Position numbers and translations under genes: made by a program | The notes under the pieces: generated by a model | Seen by the model: only the letters and a program-made list of their open reading frames with translations | Told to the model about the DNA's origin: nothing | Databases searched by the model: none | In this document: one piece after another, positions 1 to 12,645 of the stretch | Numbering within the stretch: the stretch's first letter is position 1 | How the letters are laid out: the number at the start of each line of letters is the position of its first letter | Source of the DNA: Phoronis australis | Taxonomy: Eukaryota > Animalia > Phoronida | NCBI GenBank assembly: GCA_002633005.1 | Contig: NMRA01000734.1 | Location: 62,001-126,000, forward strand | Direction of reading: 5' to 3' | DNA: 64,000 nt

Positions 1-1408
1 AGTGTACAGTCTCGGTAAATCTCGTACTCCAGGCACACAAATACCACGTGACACACCACCCAGGCATCCATCTTGCTCTGGGTGTCTCAGGTAATGCAAT
101 GACAAATACTTGACAGGATGCTCATGGCGAAGATGAATGGAACCTGCACATGCAAAAATAGGAAATTTGACAAAAGTGTTTTGGTTTAAAATGGTGTTCA
201 ACGTTAGACTACAAATGTTGTCTATACATGGTTTTGTATAAACTGACCATGTTTCGACTATTTCATCCGCAAGGGCGCAAGTAACAGATTTAACCCCAAG
301 GATATATTGTAAAGCGTTTTTGCAATCAAAACATGGATTATTGAAATTGAGACTTAAAAGATGGAGGAACGTGATTGCAACATATGTTTTAACTTCCAGA
401 GGGGCAACGATCACTTCCAAACTAACCTTTATAACTCCCTGGTGTTTGTAGGTGTGGGTTGAATTCAAAACAGTTCAGTGATGGGTAGAATACTGTTTCT
501 GGCATGAAAACGTTTTCTGTCCACCTTCGGAACTTGATTGCTGGCTCACTGCCCAAAACAAACTCGACAAAGGCCCTGCTGAATGTTCCATGCATATTTC
601 CTTTAACAATTTTTATTCGACCAAGAGGAGGGTGGTTACGTAATGGCATATAGTGATAATCCGAAGCTAAATCTGTTCTTCTTTTAACTGTCAACAAAGT
701 CCTCTCCATAGAAATGTCATTTGAACCATTATAAAGTTTTAGAATTTTTACCAGTTCAAGATTTGTTCTTAGTGGGAACATTTCGGGAACAAGGTTTATG
801 TAGTATTGCCACTTGGAGTCGCTGATAAAGCATGTTTTCATGCAGCTCATGTCAGCTTTTAACATTCCCGAAGTACCATAGTCTGTTGCTGTTCTGGTCT
901 CCGACAGAAAGACATTTGGGAAGCAGTTAGCCAATGAACGTGCAGCGTTAAATGCATTGACGTCACTCTTGATATCCACATGAATGCAATAAGTATTGGA
1001 AGGTCTGTAGATTGCCCTAAGCAAACGTTCTGCTTGGTCGAAATGACTACTTCTGTTTATTAAAATCGAAAAAGCAATGGGAAAGTTTTTTTCGTCTTGG
1101 GAGAGGCTTGTCTCTGTATGGTAATTTCGCTCTTTCTTGAATTGTGCGCAATCCCGTGTGAGTTCGACGAAGTCCTGGTCTGAAATTGGAGCCAGTCGTG
1201 CCCTGTGTCTAGTTGCTCGCTCCATTTCTGCCTCATCTCCTTCGAGAAGGTGGAAGCAGTTAACATGCGGATATTGCCATATTTCAAATGTTGTATTGCC
1301 TATTGGTGGTTTCTGTTTGCGGTTATACTGAACCAGGTAGTTCCTGTTGGTTAGGAACACATTAATCCCAGCTAAAAGAATTGTAAACATCAGTGCTGAC
1401 CGCAACAT
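1..1408 (-). CDS. Glycosyltransferase family 14 (core-2/I-branching beta-1,6-N-acetylglucosaminyltransferase, GCNT-like), 3'-partial; coding exons 1408-427 and 143-1
   Basis: ATG at 1408 follows an acceptor (ttgttttgcag, exon starts 1415). N-terminal hydrophobic anchor, then GT14 motifs FPIAFSI, ERLLRAIYRPSNTYCIHVD, WQYYINL..FPLRTNLELVKILK. Phase-1 intron 426-144 joins GSYKG to ...CLGGVSRGICVPGVRDLPRL, typical of the GCNT C-terminus. Confidence 0.9.
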
Positions 1409-2608
1409 AACACGTCTGCAAAACAAAAACAAACACTCACTTATGTTTATAAGTTAAAGGAACATTTATCGACGAGAAAAAAGATTTTCCGAGATCAGCC
1501 TCAGCTTGGAATCGGGCCTGGTACCTCCACAATCACAGTGTATGGCTCTGCTGGCGAAGCTATGTCCCACTCCATAACTGGCAAGCAGTGGGGCGTAGGT
1601 ACACGTAGGCGCAGCCAAACACCTTTGGGCATTTGTATGTAGCGCCGACGCACCGTAAGTTACGTTCATTGCTCAAAGTGATACGGTGGGCTTTGGGCGC
1701 CTACTTACCACTAATTTTACCACTACAGCACTGCTGGTAAGAATATTTGAAGAATATTGTAAAACGTTTTTCCGTCTTAAAAGTGATGTTTTTTTTTACA
1801 CGAAGTTGGCCTAGCCTACATGACTTTGCGCAGCTATTGCAAAAAACACAAGGACTTGTCTGAAACTGATGCGGGCGGGAGCTTCTTTCCTTCATGTGTT
1901 TCGACAAAAGTATGATTTATCGTTGGATATTTATGTCTTTGTCTATGCTTCAAAGGTGCAAAAAAAATTGGGCGGTCGCCGCACTAGTTTTTCCGGTACA
2001 GCCGCCTACGTATAGGAACTTCTGAAAATGTGAATATTGCATGGTTACTGAAAAGTCACCTCTGATTAAATGAATAACTGAATGTGATGTCGCGCTATTA
2101 CTAAACGCGAAAATACCAAAAGATCAACGCAAAATTATCATTTTTCAAAATTAAAATCTGTTTGAAAAAATATAATCTTCATTTAAGAGGCAGTTTATCT
2201 AAAAACCAGTAGATTTTCAAAAATCAGTGTATACGTCAATAAAATCATTTTTTGTACATGGATAACAAAAATCTAAATGCCACATTTTGTGCAGTCAGTG
2301 ATCCCTAATTTCGCCGCTGAAGCACTGGACCGTAATTGGTTATAATTAGCCGTCTCCAAAACTGTGTTTTCAGCAACGAAAATAAGAAATCTCCAAAATA
2401 AATTGAAAGTTGTGCTTTGGTGGCTGGAATAAGCAATGTGCACTGTGCATAATTATTTGGCATTTATTCAAATTTGACAGCTTTGTGCTAAACAGGGGAG
2501 ATAATCCACAGACCACTTTTCCAAGCCAATTTCTGTGGCTGTTTTTGTGACCCTCTCTCGCCGCTATGTTGCACCTTGTAGCTTTATGTAGCTTTTTGAA
2601 CGGCTTAA

Positions 2609-3712
2609 AGGCGAAAGCAACCCTTTTTATGTCATTTTTAGCAAAAATAAGGTTCGTTGGTTATCCCAGACATATTTTCCACTTAATTACAGCTTTTTGC
2701 AATTTAATTAATTATTCGTTCTTTACTCAGGAAGTGACGTTTTGGGAGGCAAGAGTTTTGCGCCAATTTCGTTTTATATAGTTTGACTATGAGAGCTGTC
2801 GAGTCGGTCATTGATCTACCTCGATTGTCGTAAGTTCGGTGCTCGTTTGCTTTTGTTTACGAGTCAGACAACATGTCACACTGTTTCTGCGTACCGGGAC
2901 GTACTCATCATGCATGCGCCCACCCAGCCTTTAGTATGGGGGGGGGGCTCGAATTTCTGGCGATGTGGACATTTTGCTGACAAAAAAGCGGAAGGACTAA
3001 AAAAACGGTACCACCTTCACTGTGCGTCTACGCCTGTTTAGTGGAATTTTGTCTCGTTTTCTCGGACTTTTTGTTCATTTGAGCCCCCCCAGCTGGGTGC
3101 GCGCATGCTATGGCCCAAAGCCTGTAAGCAGCCCTGCTGCGATGTTGAGTAGTGGGAGTGAATACAGACCCGTTCGACACCCAGTGAAGAGGACAGTTTG
3201 TCGTTCAATGAACAGATCGGTGAGCCAAACTTTGATAAGTTTATTGTGGACTTGTCTAAAGTATTGGAGCTATTTAGAAGGTGCCAGGTGTGTGGCGAGG
3301 GAGTCACACAGCGGGGTGTAAGCAGTCTGTGTGCTCAGGTCACTATCAGTGGGAGTCTGTCGCAGGACACTGGGACAAGTATGACAGTTGTTCCTCTGTC
3401 CGTTGCACGATAGTGAGTACATCCCGGTACGCAGCAACAGTGTGGCAAGTTAACTGACTCGTAAACAAAAGCAAACGATGACCGAACATATCACAACCGA
3501 GATAGAACAATGACTGACTCGGCAGCTCTCACAGTCAGACTATACGAAAAGAAATTGGCGCGAAATTCTTGCCTCCCAAAACGTCACTTCCAGAGTGGAG
3601 AACAAATAATTAATTAAATTACGAAAAGCTGTAATTAAGTGGAAAATATGTCTGGGATAACCAACGAACCTTATTTTTGCTAAAAAGACATGAAAAAAGG
3701 TTGCCTTCGCCT
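2609..3712. mobile_element. Non-autonomous Kolobok-like DNA transposon with about 300-bp TIRs and a transposase remnant
   Basis: TTAA at 2605-2608 and 3713-3716. Termini AGGCGAA..TTCGCCT. 2609-2910 is an imperfect reverse complement of 3411-3712. Internal peptide KFIVDLSKVLELFRRCQVCG (ORF 3198-3413). Confidence 0.8.
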
Positions 3713-3984
3713 TTAAGAGCTAATCTTGATGACTGAGCAAAAACATCTTGCCTGAACTTTACATTTTAGAGAAAATTGTCTTGCAACTGAGTACTTTGGA
3801 AATGATGATGGAAGTTTACAGACCTTTTTAACGAATATTTGAACAAGGATTCTGCAATAAGTTGGTATAAAAATCAAGCCTAAGCTCTTTCAAATGAAAA
3901 TAAGTTGTTTTCTGGATCTATTGAGCGGTCAGTTTCAAAACTGAACCCGATGACCTTTGTCCAGTGCAGATGAATGATTGGGTT

Positions 3985-5100
3985 TGATTGGACGGAATTA
4001 TGGATGAATTTGATTGGACGGAAATATGGATGGATTTTATAGGACGAATGAATATGGACGTATTTGATTGGATGGATGAATGGATGGAGTTGATTGGACG
4101 GAAGTATGGATGGATTTGATTGGACGGAAGTATGGATGGATTTGATTGGACGGATGTACGGATGGATTTGATTGGACGGAAATATAGATGAATTTGATTG
4201 GACGGATGTATGGATGGATTTGATTGGATGAATGAATGGATGGATCTGATTGAACGGATGGAGTTGATTGGACGGAAGTATGGATGGATTTGATTGGGCG
4301 GAAGTCTCGATGTATTTATAGGACGGATGTACGGATGGATTTGATTGGACGGAAGTATAGATGAATTTGATTGGACGGATGTATGGATGGATTTGATTGG
4401 ACGAATGAATGGATGGATCTGATTGAACGGATGAATGGATGGATTTGATTGGACGGATGTTGAACGGAAGTATAAATGGATTTGATTGGACGGATGTATG
4501 GATGGTTTTGATTGGACAGATGTATGAATGGATTTGATTGGACAAATGTATGGGTGATTTGATTGGACGGGTGTATGGATGGATTTGAGTGGACGGATAT
4601 ATGGACGAATTTGATTGGACGGGTGTATGGATGGATTTGATTGGACGGATATATGGATGAATTTGATTGGACGAATGAATGGATGGATTGATTGGACGAA
4701 TGAATGGATGGATTTGATTGGACGGATGAATGGATGGATTGATTGGACGGATGAATGGATGGATTTGATTGGACGGATGAATGGATGGATTTGATTGGAC
4801 GGATGAATGGATAGATCTGATTAGACGGATGTATGGATAATCTGCTTGGACGGGTGTATGAATGAATCTGATTGGACGGCTGGATTCATGTAGAATGAAT
4901 CTGATTGGACGGCTGGATTCATGTAAATGATTAGACGGAAGTATGGATGGATTTGATTGGACGGATGAATGGATTAGAATTATTGGACGGATACATGGAT
5001 GAATTTGATTGAATAGTTAGATGGATTGGTGAAATTGATGACGGATGTATAGATAGATTTGATTGGAAAGATGTATGGATCAATGTGATTAGACGGATGT
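3985..5100. repeat. Minisatellite, roughly 25-26-bp variable unit GATTTGATTGGACGGATGTATGGATG
   Basis: Dozens of degenerate tandem copies visible. ORFs 3880-4545 and 4931-5125 are its translation. Confidence 0.95.
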
Positions 5101-5155
5101 GTCCAAATGCTTCATTGTATTTCACTAATTTGTTACATGAGTTAATAACGTATTA

Positions 5156-5177
5156 TCTCTCTCTCTCTCTCTCTCTC
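5156..5177. repeat. (CT)n microsatellite
   Basis: Direct inspection. Confidence 0.9.
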
Positions 5178-8113
5178 GCTCATTTCTCTTTCACTGGATG
5201 ACTAAACCATAAAAACTCTTCAAGAAAGCTGGGAGAGTGAGCAACAAATGACTTCGGAAAATTCACATTCAGTTTTTAAGGGAGGTTTATCAGACCCCTC
5301 TCTGCAGTTTATAGATATTTTCTATTGCTACGGAATTACGGCCGGTTCATGAGCTTTAACTCTCCGAGGGAGACGCCCTTAGAAATTCTCCAGGGACATC
5401 AAAACGGCACTATTGGTAAACCCTTTTGGCCACTCACATCGCACGTCTACAGCAGCACCTGTGTCACATAGGGAACGAATAATTAAAGACACTCTATTCC
5501 GTAGTTTGCACATTTACTCTACTCACATGAACTTTCCCAACCGAACAATAACAAAAACTCATTTCAAAGCTTGCGAGCACGTGCAATATATGCACTTGCT
5601 TGTACTAGCATTTTTCAGCCATGTTCAAACGTTTAACTAGTGCCGGGCGCAAGTATGTGGCAGAATTTTTGTCTGACTATCAGAAAATCCTTTTTATGAA
5701 ATTATTTTCCTTAAAAATAATGTGGAATTGTAAGAAGATTTGGAATATCATGTGAGTGTATTTGTGTTACCATTTATGTCACGAGACCAGAAGGGACAGC
5801 GAATCACTGAGAAACACTTTCCTGTGACATAACACAGCCCTCGTCACAGTGTCTACCAATGAAGTCTTATGTCCAATATATAGGCCTATATTGACTTCAA
5901 CACCACAAACACTAAACACCACGAAATCGTTGCAAAATTTGATAGTACCGCACCAAAATACTAAGCTTGTGACTAAACGTGTAATAAGTGAGTGCTTTCC
6001 CATAAAAGCTGTCGTTACTACGACGGCTTCCAAGCCAGGAAAGTCGAGGGCCAATGACAAAGCAGATTTTTGCAAAAACAAAAGAAAATGCAAATACATT
6101 ATCGCTGAAAAATCGAAGTAATTCTCGTGAAAAGTTCTGAACAACTGTTAATGTGCTGTCTGAGATAAATTCGTATTATTCTGCTCAACTTTGCGCATTT
6201 CAAAAATGTTTTTACGTCACGGCTTTGGCTAACTGTGACACGGAAACCTCTTTTTGTAAGAAAGCGCTGGTCAAAAAGGATTACGCATACTGTGTAGACT
6301 TAGGAGACAGGAAAATCAGTACAGAAATAATTTCGAACCTGGATACCCGGAGTATAGCCCAACCTGAGCTAGGACAAACCGTCTTGTCCATTCAAGTTAT
6401 AACCTCTCTTCCTCGGAACGTAGGGTCAGTTGATCTAACAGTGTCTGTGGTGATGTAACCTAACCTGCAAGGTACCTGAAATCTCCCTGCGTGGTCTGCT
6501 GCTGTTCCGCAGTCTGTCTTGATTAACAACAAATAATGGCAATTGTTGACCGGGAACATCGATACTCGCAATCCACGCATGCAGGTACATTGAAAAATAT
6601 AATTAATCTCATCACTGCTACCTTGACTTTCCACACTGGATCGTTTTGAATGTAGTCGACTTGATTTGGAGCACAATCGTTACGGGGAATATTTTTGTTG
6701 AATATGGTCATTCGTTTTTTTTAACACAATTTGTCCCGTGACCTTAAAATCTTCTTTCGGTGCACGAATCTTGATTTTCAAACCACGGGTAGTTTTTAAT
6801 ATCAAATCTCTTATTTTCAAAATTAACTACCTTAATATTAATTTCATGCGCAACATATTATTGAATAAACGTTAAAGCTCTCTATGTTCATAACTGCCAT
6901 GAGACATCTCCGTTAGTGTTTACTAATGTACCACATTACAGGTCAAATAATGCGTTTTTAGAACGTCATATTCCCCGGCGCAAGCAATGTAAACATGGTC
7001 AGTTGCCGAATTGCGCAACTGAACGATGAACTGTTTATGGTTTAAGGTTAACTCAAACCTTATTCACAAAAAATGGCTATTTTTACAATATTTCATGTGT
7101 CTAGAAAAATACCTCATCTTCATTCTCGGGTTACTTCAATCTTGAATACAAAATATATACTGCGTAGGGAGAAAAAAGATTTAACAGAACCACCTTGGAA
7201 CCGCACTATCACGTGGATATTTGTTTACTACTTATCCGAGGTAAAAAGTTAAAGGGCTTTCAATCAAATCGAATCTCCCGCCAGGCACAGAACAGCTTCG
7301 TATATCCTCAGTCCTTTCATTCACAAATCACCATAACATTGAGTCAACTTATGGTAGAATGGTGCCGGGGAAAACAAAGGCAAACTCCTAAGGGAGTGGT
7401 GCTTCTACATGCATACGACCGTTGGTTTGAGAACGAATGGTACGGTCGCCTCAGGTCTCTGTAGTCATCAACACAGCAAGTTGTGAAAAGAGATAAATCT
7501 TCACCCTAATTCCTTCATTCAATTAATAAATTGACATTTCAAGTTTTCGATCTCATGCTAACGACATGCTTTAACCACAGATTCGATTTTTTTGTTATCC
7601 ATTTCTTGCTTGGTTTCGTATCAGTCTCCCAGCACGTGACGTGTACAGGTTATGTGTACAACAATGAACTGTGACCTACTTATAAAAACGTAGGTCAAAA
7701 GCTGGCAAACAATAGTAAGAGTTAGCTGGGAACGATACGTTTTAATGATAATCAAGTTAATTACGCACTGCAAAATCAGTTGTCATTGCGATTGAATGTT
7801 GAAATAGCGAACATATTTAAGGCTTGTATAGGTTATGTGTACCGAAAACAAGCCTTTACCGAATAATTAAGTGAAGACTTTGAGATTTTCACTTGTCCCA
7901 GTTTAATCGGCTTTTTCTCGGCTTCGTCAAATCGACTTTATTTGAACTTAGGAACACGAGTTCTCGAAAACGGCTCGGTGGATTTCACTGAAACTTTCCA
8001 GATATAATATTTGGTCATCAGCCTCAAAAATGATTATAAGATTTTCGATAAAAAGGCCTATTTTTGCGTAATGTAACAAAGGCGAATACGACTTCCGTTT
8101 TTTACAAAGATAC

Positions 8114-8291
8114 AAATCGGTAAATAAAACAACAAGAATGGATCAACTGAAATTTGAAATTTTCGGATGTAATAACTTCCTTTGTCAACAAAAACAGAAA
8201 AAAAAATCTGTTTTTGTTGACAAAGGAAGTTATTACATCCGAAAATTTCAAATTTCAGTCGATCCATGCTTGTTGTTTTATTTACCAATTT
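8114..8291. repeat. Long near-perfect inverted repeat (about 85-bp arms, short poly-A loop)
   Basis: aaatcggtaaataaaacaac...tttgtcaacaaaaacaga, A-run, tctgtttttgttgacaaa...ttttatttaccaattt. Confidence 0.9.
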
Positions 8292-8999
8292 ATATTCTAC
8301 ATTTCATGAAACAATAGTATCCTTGGGAGGATCTGGATCGCCTTATTTAGTTTCAGATTTATTTTCTACGTAACAAAGATACCTTACGTTTTGCTTGTTG
8401 ATTTGTCATAGAAACCAAACAAAAAGAGTGATAAAAAATTCCTAACAAAGTTTTTGAGGTAACTGGTGACGGAAGTTTTCATTTAAAAAAGCTTCATTAA
8501 AATCGACCGAGGGGTTATTTTGCTATGAATGTACCTTTCTTAAAAATAAAATTTTGGCTTAAAAAGGTTTTTACGTAAAAATAATAATGGTACAGTTAAG
8601 ACAAAAAGTATTTTCACATTCGCTTATGAATTTTCGGTATCGGACACACCCAAATCAGTAGATGTGACATAGGGGCGTACCACTCCAGAGACAAAGAATA
8701 GGCGGGGTAGCCAGATATGCTTCGAGTGGCAGTGAAATAAGGCCACGGCGGATACCCGTTAACAAAAGAGAATCGCCAGTGAAATATGTCACAAGTTAAA
8801 GAATTCTTTAGTTCACGGCTTGACGTGCGTTGTGCGCTATAGTTTACACGCATTAAAGGCAGCTGACTGCACCATGCCTTAGTTGTTCACCGAATATCTG
8901 AGACAGAACAGAGCGTTGTTCAGGTAAAGGCAACAGGGTATTAAGACCATTCCGACCAATACACAACCGAAAGAACAACCATAAAAATTATGAGAACAT

Positions 9000-9005
9000 T
9001 TTATT
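9000..9005 (-). terminator. Candidate polyadenylation signal (AATAAA) of NLR-like gene A, implying a 3' UTR of about 3.5 kb
   Basis: TTTATT on + strand; minus-strand downstream sequence is GU/U-rich (tttttatggttgttctttcggttgtgt). Confidence 0.4.
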
Positions 9006-12000
9006 CACGTTTGGTTTGCAAATACAAAACGTACCAAACTTGAACTAGCAACAGCTTTGTATACCTACTCACAAAAATCAGTTTCTAAAAATATAAAACT
9101 GAGATGGAAACATAATACATTTCTGGTAGTAATCTAAATACTGTCATGTCCCTGAATACCAACATAGGCTTACCAAAATACCAGTCATCGGTCTTAAAGA
9201 CCCACGCAGCGCTGATGAGGTCATCCAGAAATGGCAAAGTTCAAAGTGTGACGGTGACCTTTCCCATTAAACCAATCAATGAACTCCATTGGGTCCATGG
9301 TTTTTCACGTGTAATTAGGAGTACTATCTTGACCAATAGAAAAGCAAAACAGAGGCTTCCAGCCCAAAACATGGACCAAAACAACGGTTTCAAAGACTGT
9401 GCTGCATGGAATTATGCATGTGTTGTTAAAAATATGTCAAAATCAAACACACATCCATACCGTATATGCGTGTATTGAGGCCCTTGCGAAATAATGCTGT
9501 TTTTCAGTCAAAGATTTTTAACGCTATTTTGCAGAAATGCGCATGCGCATAAGTTTTGCTTATAGACGCAAGTGTCCCTTGAACAGGCGCATGTATTATG
9601 GATGCAGGAACATCCAGTGTCCTCAACAAGTGTATAAACATGCCAACACCAAACATTCATATGCCACCTTGTTTGACAGGGCATTTTCTAAATTATAACC
9701 AGGATAAAAACCTTCTCTCGCGCTCACTAGCAAAGTTTTACATAATGGTAGGCAGTAACACTACAGGTCCAGTTCACGGACTAATTACTGTATTATTTGT
9801 AAAGGATGAAAAAGTACATTATCAATCGCAACAGAAAGGAAATGTTTGATTGGCTCAAACCATTTCATTAACTTTTTCAATGAAAAACAGAGCTAACGGT
9901 ATTCAATTGAAGAACAAACGAAATGCTGCAATTTAAAAACATGTATATGAAGTACGGTATAGGTTTATCATGAGGGCCTTCATCATTCGAAACATTACTC
10001 ACAACATTCCATGAGCCAATTGTAACTGAAAATATCTTAAAAAGAAATGGGATGGGCCTATATAGACAAATTACTATCATACATTGTTTTACTCAAATGG
10101 TTCATCGATAGGTCCAAGTGTCTGATACCTGATACAGGTTCAACTTGGAATACCAGTGCAAGGGCCTAAATATGCGCATACACGGTAAGTATAAAAACAT
10201 AGACTACACTTCTAAGTACATCAAAACATGCCTTGTGATTGAATGCATGGATCAGTCTAGATCCTTACATTCTGACCAATCACAGGTCTTCAAGATCTGT
10301 CATGAGGGTACAAAATACCACAACAATGTTTAACAATCACGGTCAATTTCATTTGATAAGGTTTTGCCAAGCAGAATTGCATCTCTTCTGATTTAACAAC
10401 TCTGCTTTCCCAAAGGATTTTGAAAAATCAAAGTCGCTACTAAACTGGAGGGCATTATTTCTACACAATCCAGTAGATATGTATCCTGTACTAACAATTG
10501 GCTGACTATTGGCATTATTTCTTCATGAATCAGTAGTTATACATAACAGTTAGGTGAACACAAATAAAAAATCAGTTTGCAGTTTGTAAAAGACAATGTT
10601 TGATGGGACTTCACAAAATGTACACAGACTGATGTAAAGTTAAATGAAATCTATAATACCTGAATGTTCATCTCCTGAGAAGTATATCTTTAATCAGTTT
10701 TTTGCTCAAGGATTCCTAATATCCTCAAATGTACAAAAGCACAACTAGATAACTTCTATACTGTGTAGATTGGCTTAGCACTGGTGTTCATGTTCAGACA
10801 ACACACCACCAAATGGCACACTAAGCAAAGCATGGATCTGAAACATTACCTTGTCTATCCACTTCTTGTAGACCTTTTGAATTTGCACCATGGGAGTAAA
10901 AATTCATAAGTACAATTTTTTGTTAAAATGGTCATATTATATACCACCTCGTGAGTTCTGTAAAACATAAACTAGAAATGAAATAAAACATTGTAAAAAT
11001 TTAACACAACAATGATATACCTTTGAGTAACTTAGCTGTCTTAAAACCTGTTTATGCAAAAAGACTGAACAATATAGAAAAATAGAAGTCTTTTTGACAA
11101 TTCTAAATAAAAGCTGAACTAAGTAGCAATGTCTGTTATGGCCTGGAATGTTCACTACTTTCTGTTCAAACAATTAACGTTACACACAACACAAAAACTG
11201 TGACAAATCCCAATGTGTGCCTCCAGACTCACATTCACATTGATTTCACAATTTAAACTTTCCACAATTTGTACTCGACAATTTTGAGCTCTTATGATGT
11301 GAAATTTCAGTTCATGTAAATACAGCGTTTGACATCATCCTGGATTGACCAATAATAAAAGGAGATGTAAGAATTGTTTTCCAGTCTCTGGTGGTGCTAG
11401 CTATATAATCTTAGAGGTCTATTTCATGAGAAATGACTAAGACTTCAAAGTCAGAAATTTGGTTTTATGCTCCAAAATTCTTTCTGAAAAATAATTAACA
11501 GTTAACTGTACAAAAATCTAAAGTATCTGAGAAGGTACACATAACTGCTAGGCACTGAAGTAATTTCAATTATTTCTAGATTGTGATGTACTCTTAATTA
11601 CTTGACTAAATTTGTTGCAGTAACACAAGACCAAATTTCAGTTCTGGATTTTAATGTTATGTAAAACCCTAGAAAATTTTCAAAAATTGGCTAACTGTGG
11701 AACATCGTGTCTCCCAAGATGATCGGAGAAATAACTGAAACATCGAGCCAATGTAAATAGGCTAAAGTTTGGTGCAAATAGACCAACAGATTTTAGAAAT
11801 ACTGTTCCAACATCACATCTCAGAAACAACTGATTAAAGTCATTAAAAACTTTCTAATACTATACTTTAAACATTGATCTCCAAAACGCTGTAAGGAATT
11901 GTTTAAAATAGTCCAATTTGGCATACAGGGCCTATCAAAAATATAATTTTTATCAGTTTTGCAATAAAAGTTGCATAAAAAAGAATAAAATGATAACTTA

Positions 12001-12520
12001 GTAAACTGTAAAAGCACATTTCTTTTTTGGCTAAATCTTACAAAAACACATGATCATTTGACCCAATTAATGGGAGATTGACAAAAAGCAAATTCTACAG
12101 GGTTTCTACTTTCGGAAAATATACACCTTTAAAGAGTTAGAATCTACAGTTTTCTAGACGTTTGGCTACATATGAAGACTTATCACATTCCATGAAACAG
12201 ACCTCATATGTTTTAGCAGCTGCAACTCAGCACACAAATTAATAATAACAACCACTATTACTTACGAGGTCATCAGATTGAACAGATGTTATTTACCGCA
12301 GAGTTCAAACCCTGATGCACGAAGTCCACAGCAAGTTTTTTTACCTCCACTTTGAAGTGTTAATGTGCCAGCTAATATTTGGCCACTAAAACCGATTGCT
12401 TCCAGCCAATTTGCTTTTGTTGCATAAAATGGCAATCTCACTGACTCCCACTTCTTCAAAAGCTCACTAAAATGCTTGAAGCTCTGGAGCGCACATCCAC
12501 TCTTGACTAAAGAGTTTCTT

Positions 12521-12645
12521 TCAGTGCTCAGTGGAAAGTCTACTGGTCTTTTCTTCATCACGAGAGCTCTCACGACTCAAGTTAAATGACTGCTCGCTGT
12601 CGGCACTACTTAAGCGGAGAATTTTGAACGGCACTGCCTGGTCCA
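12521..12645 (-). CDS. Gene A last coding exon
   Basis: tttcttttttcag acceptor; VDQAVPFKILRL...STEH-stop, similar to paralogue GLPPKIPRL. Confidence 0.75.

Noticed and set aside
1600-2012. MITE bounded by acgtaggcg / cgcctacgt
   Set aside because: The inverted repeat is short and the target duplication is unconvincing.
3880-5125. Repeat-protein ORFs
   Set aside because: Translation of the GATTGGACGGATG minisatellite with variable unit length.
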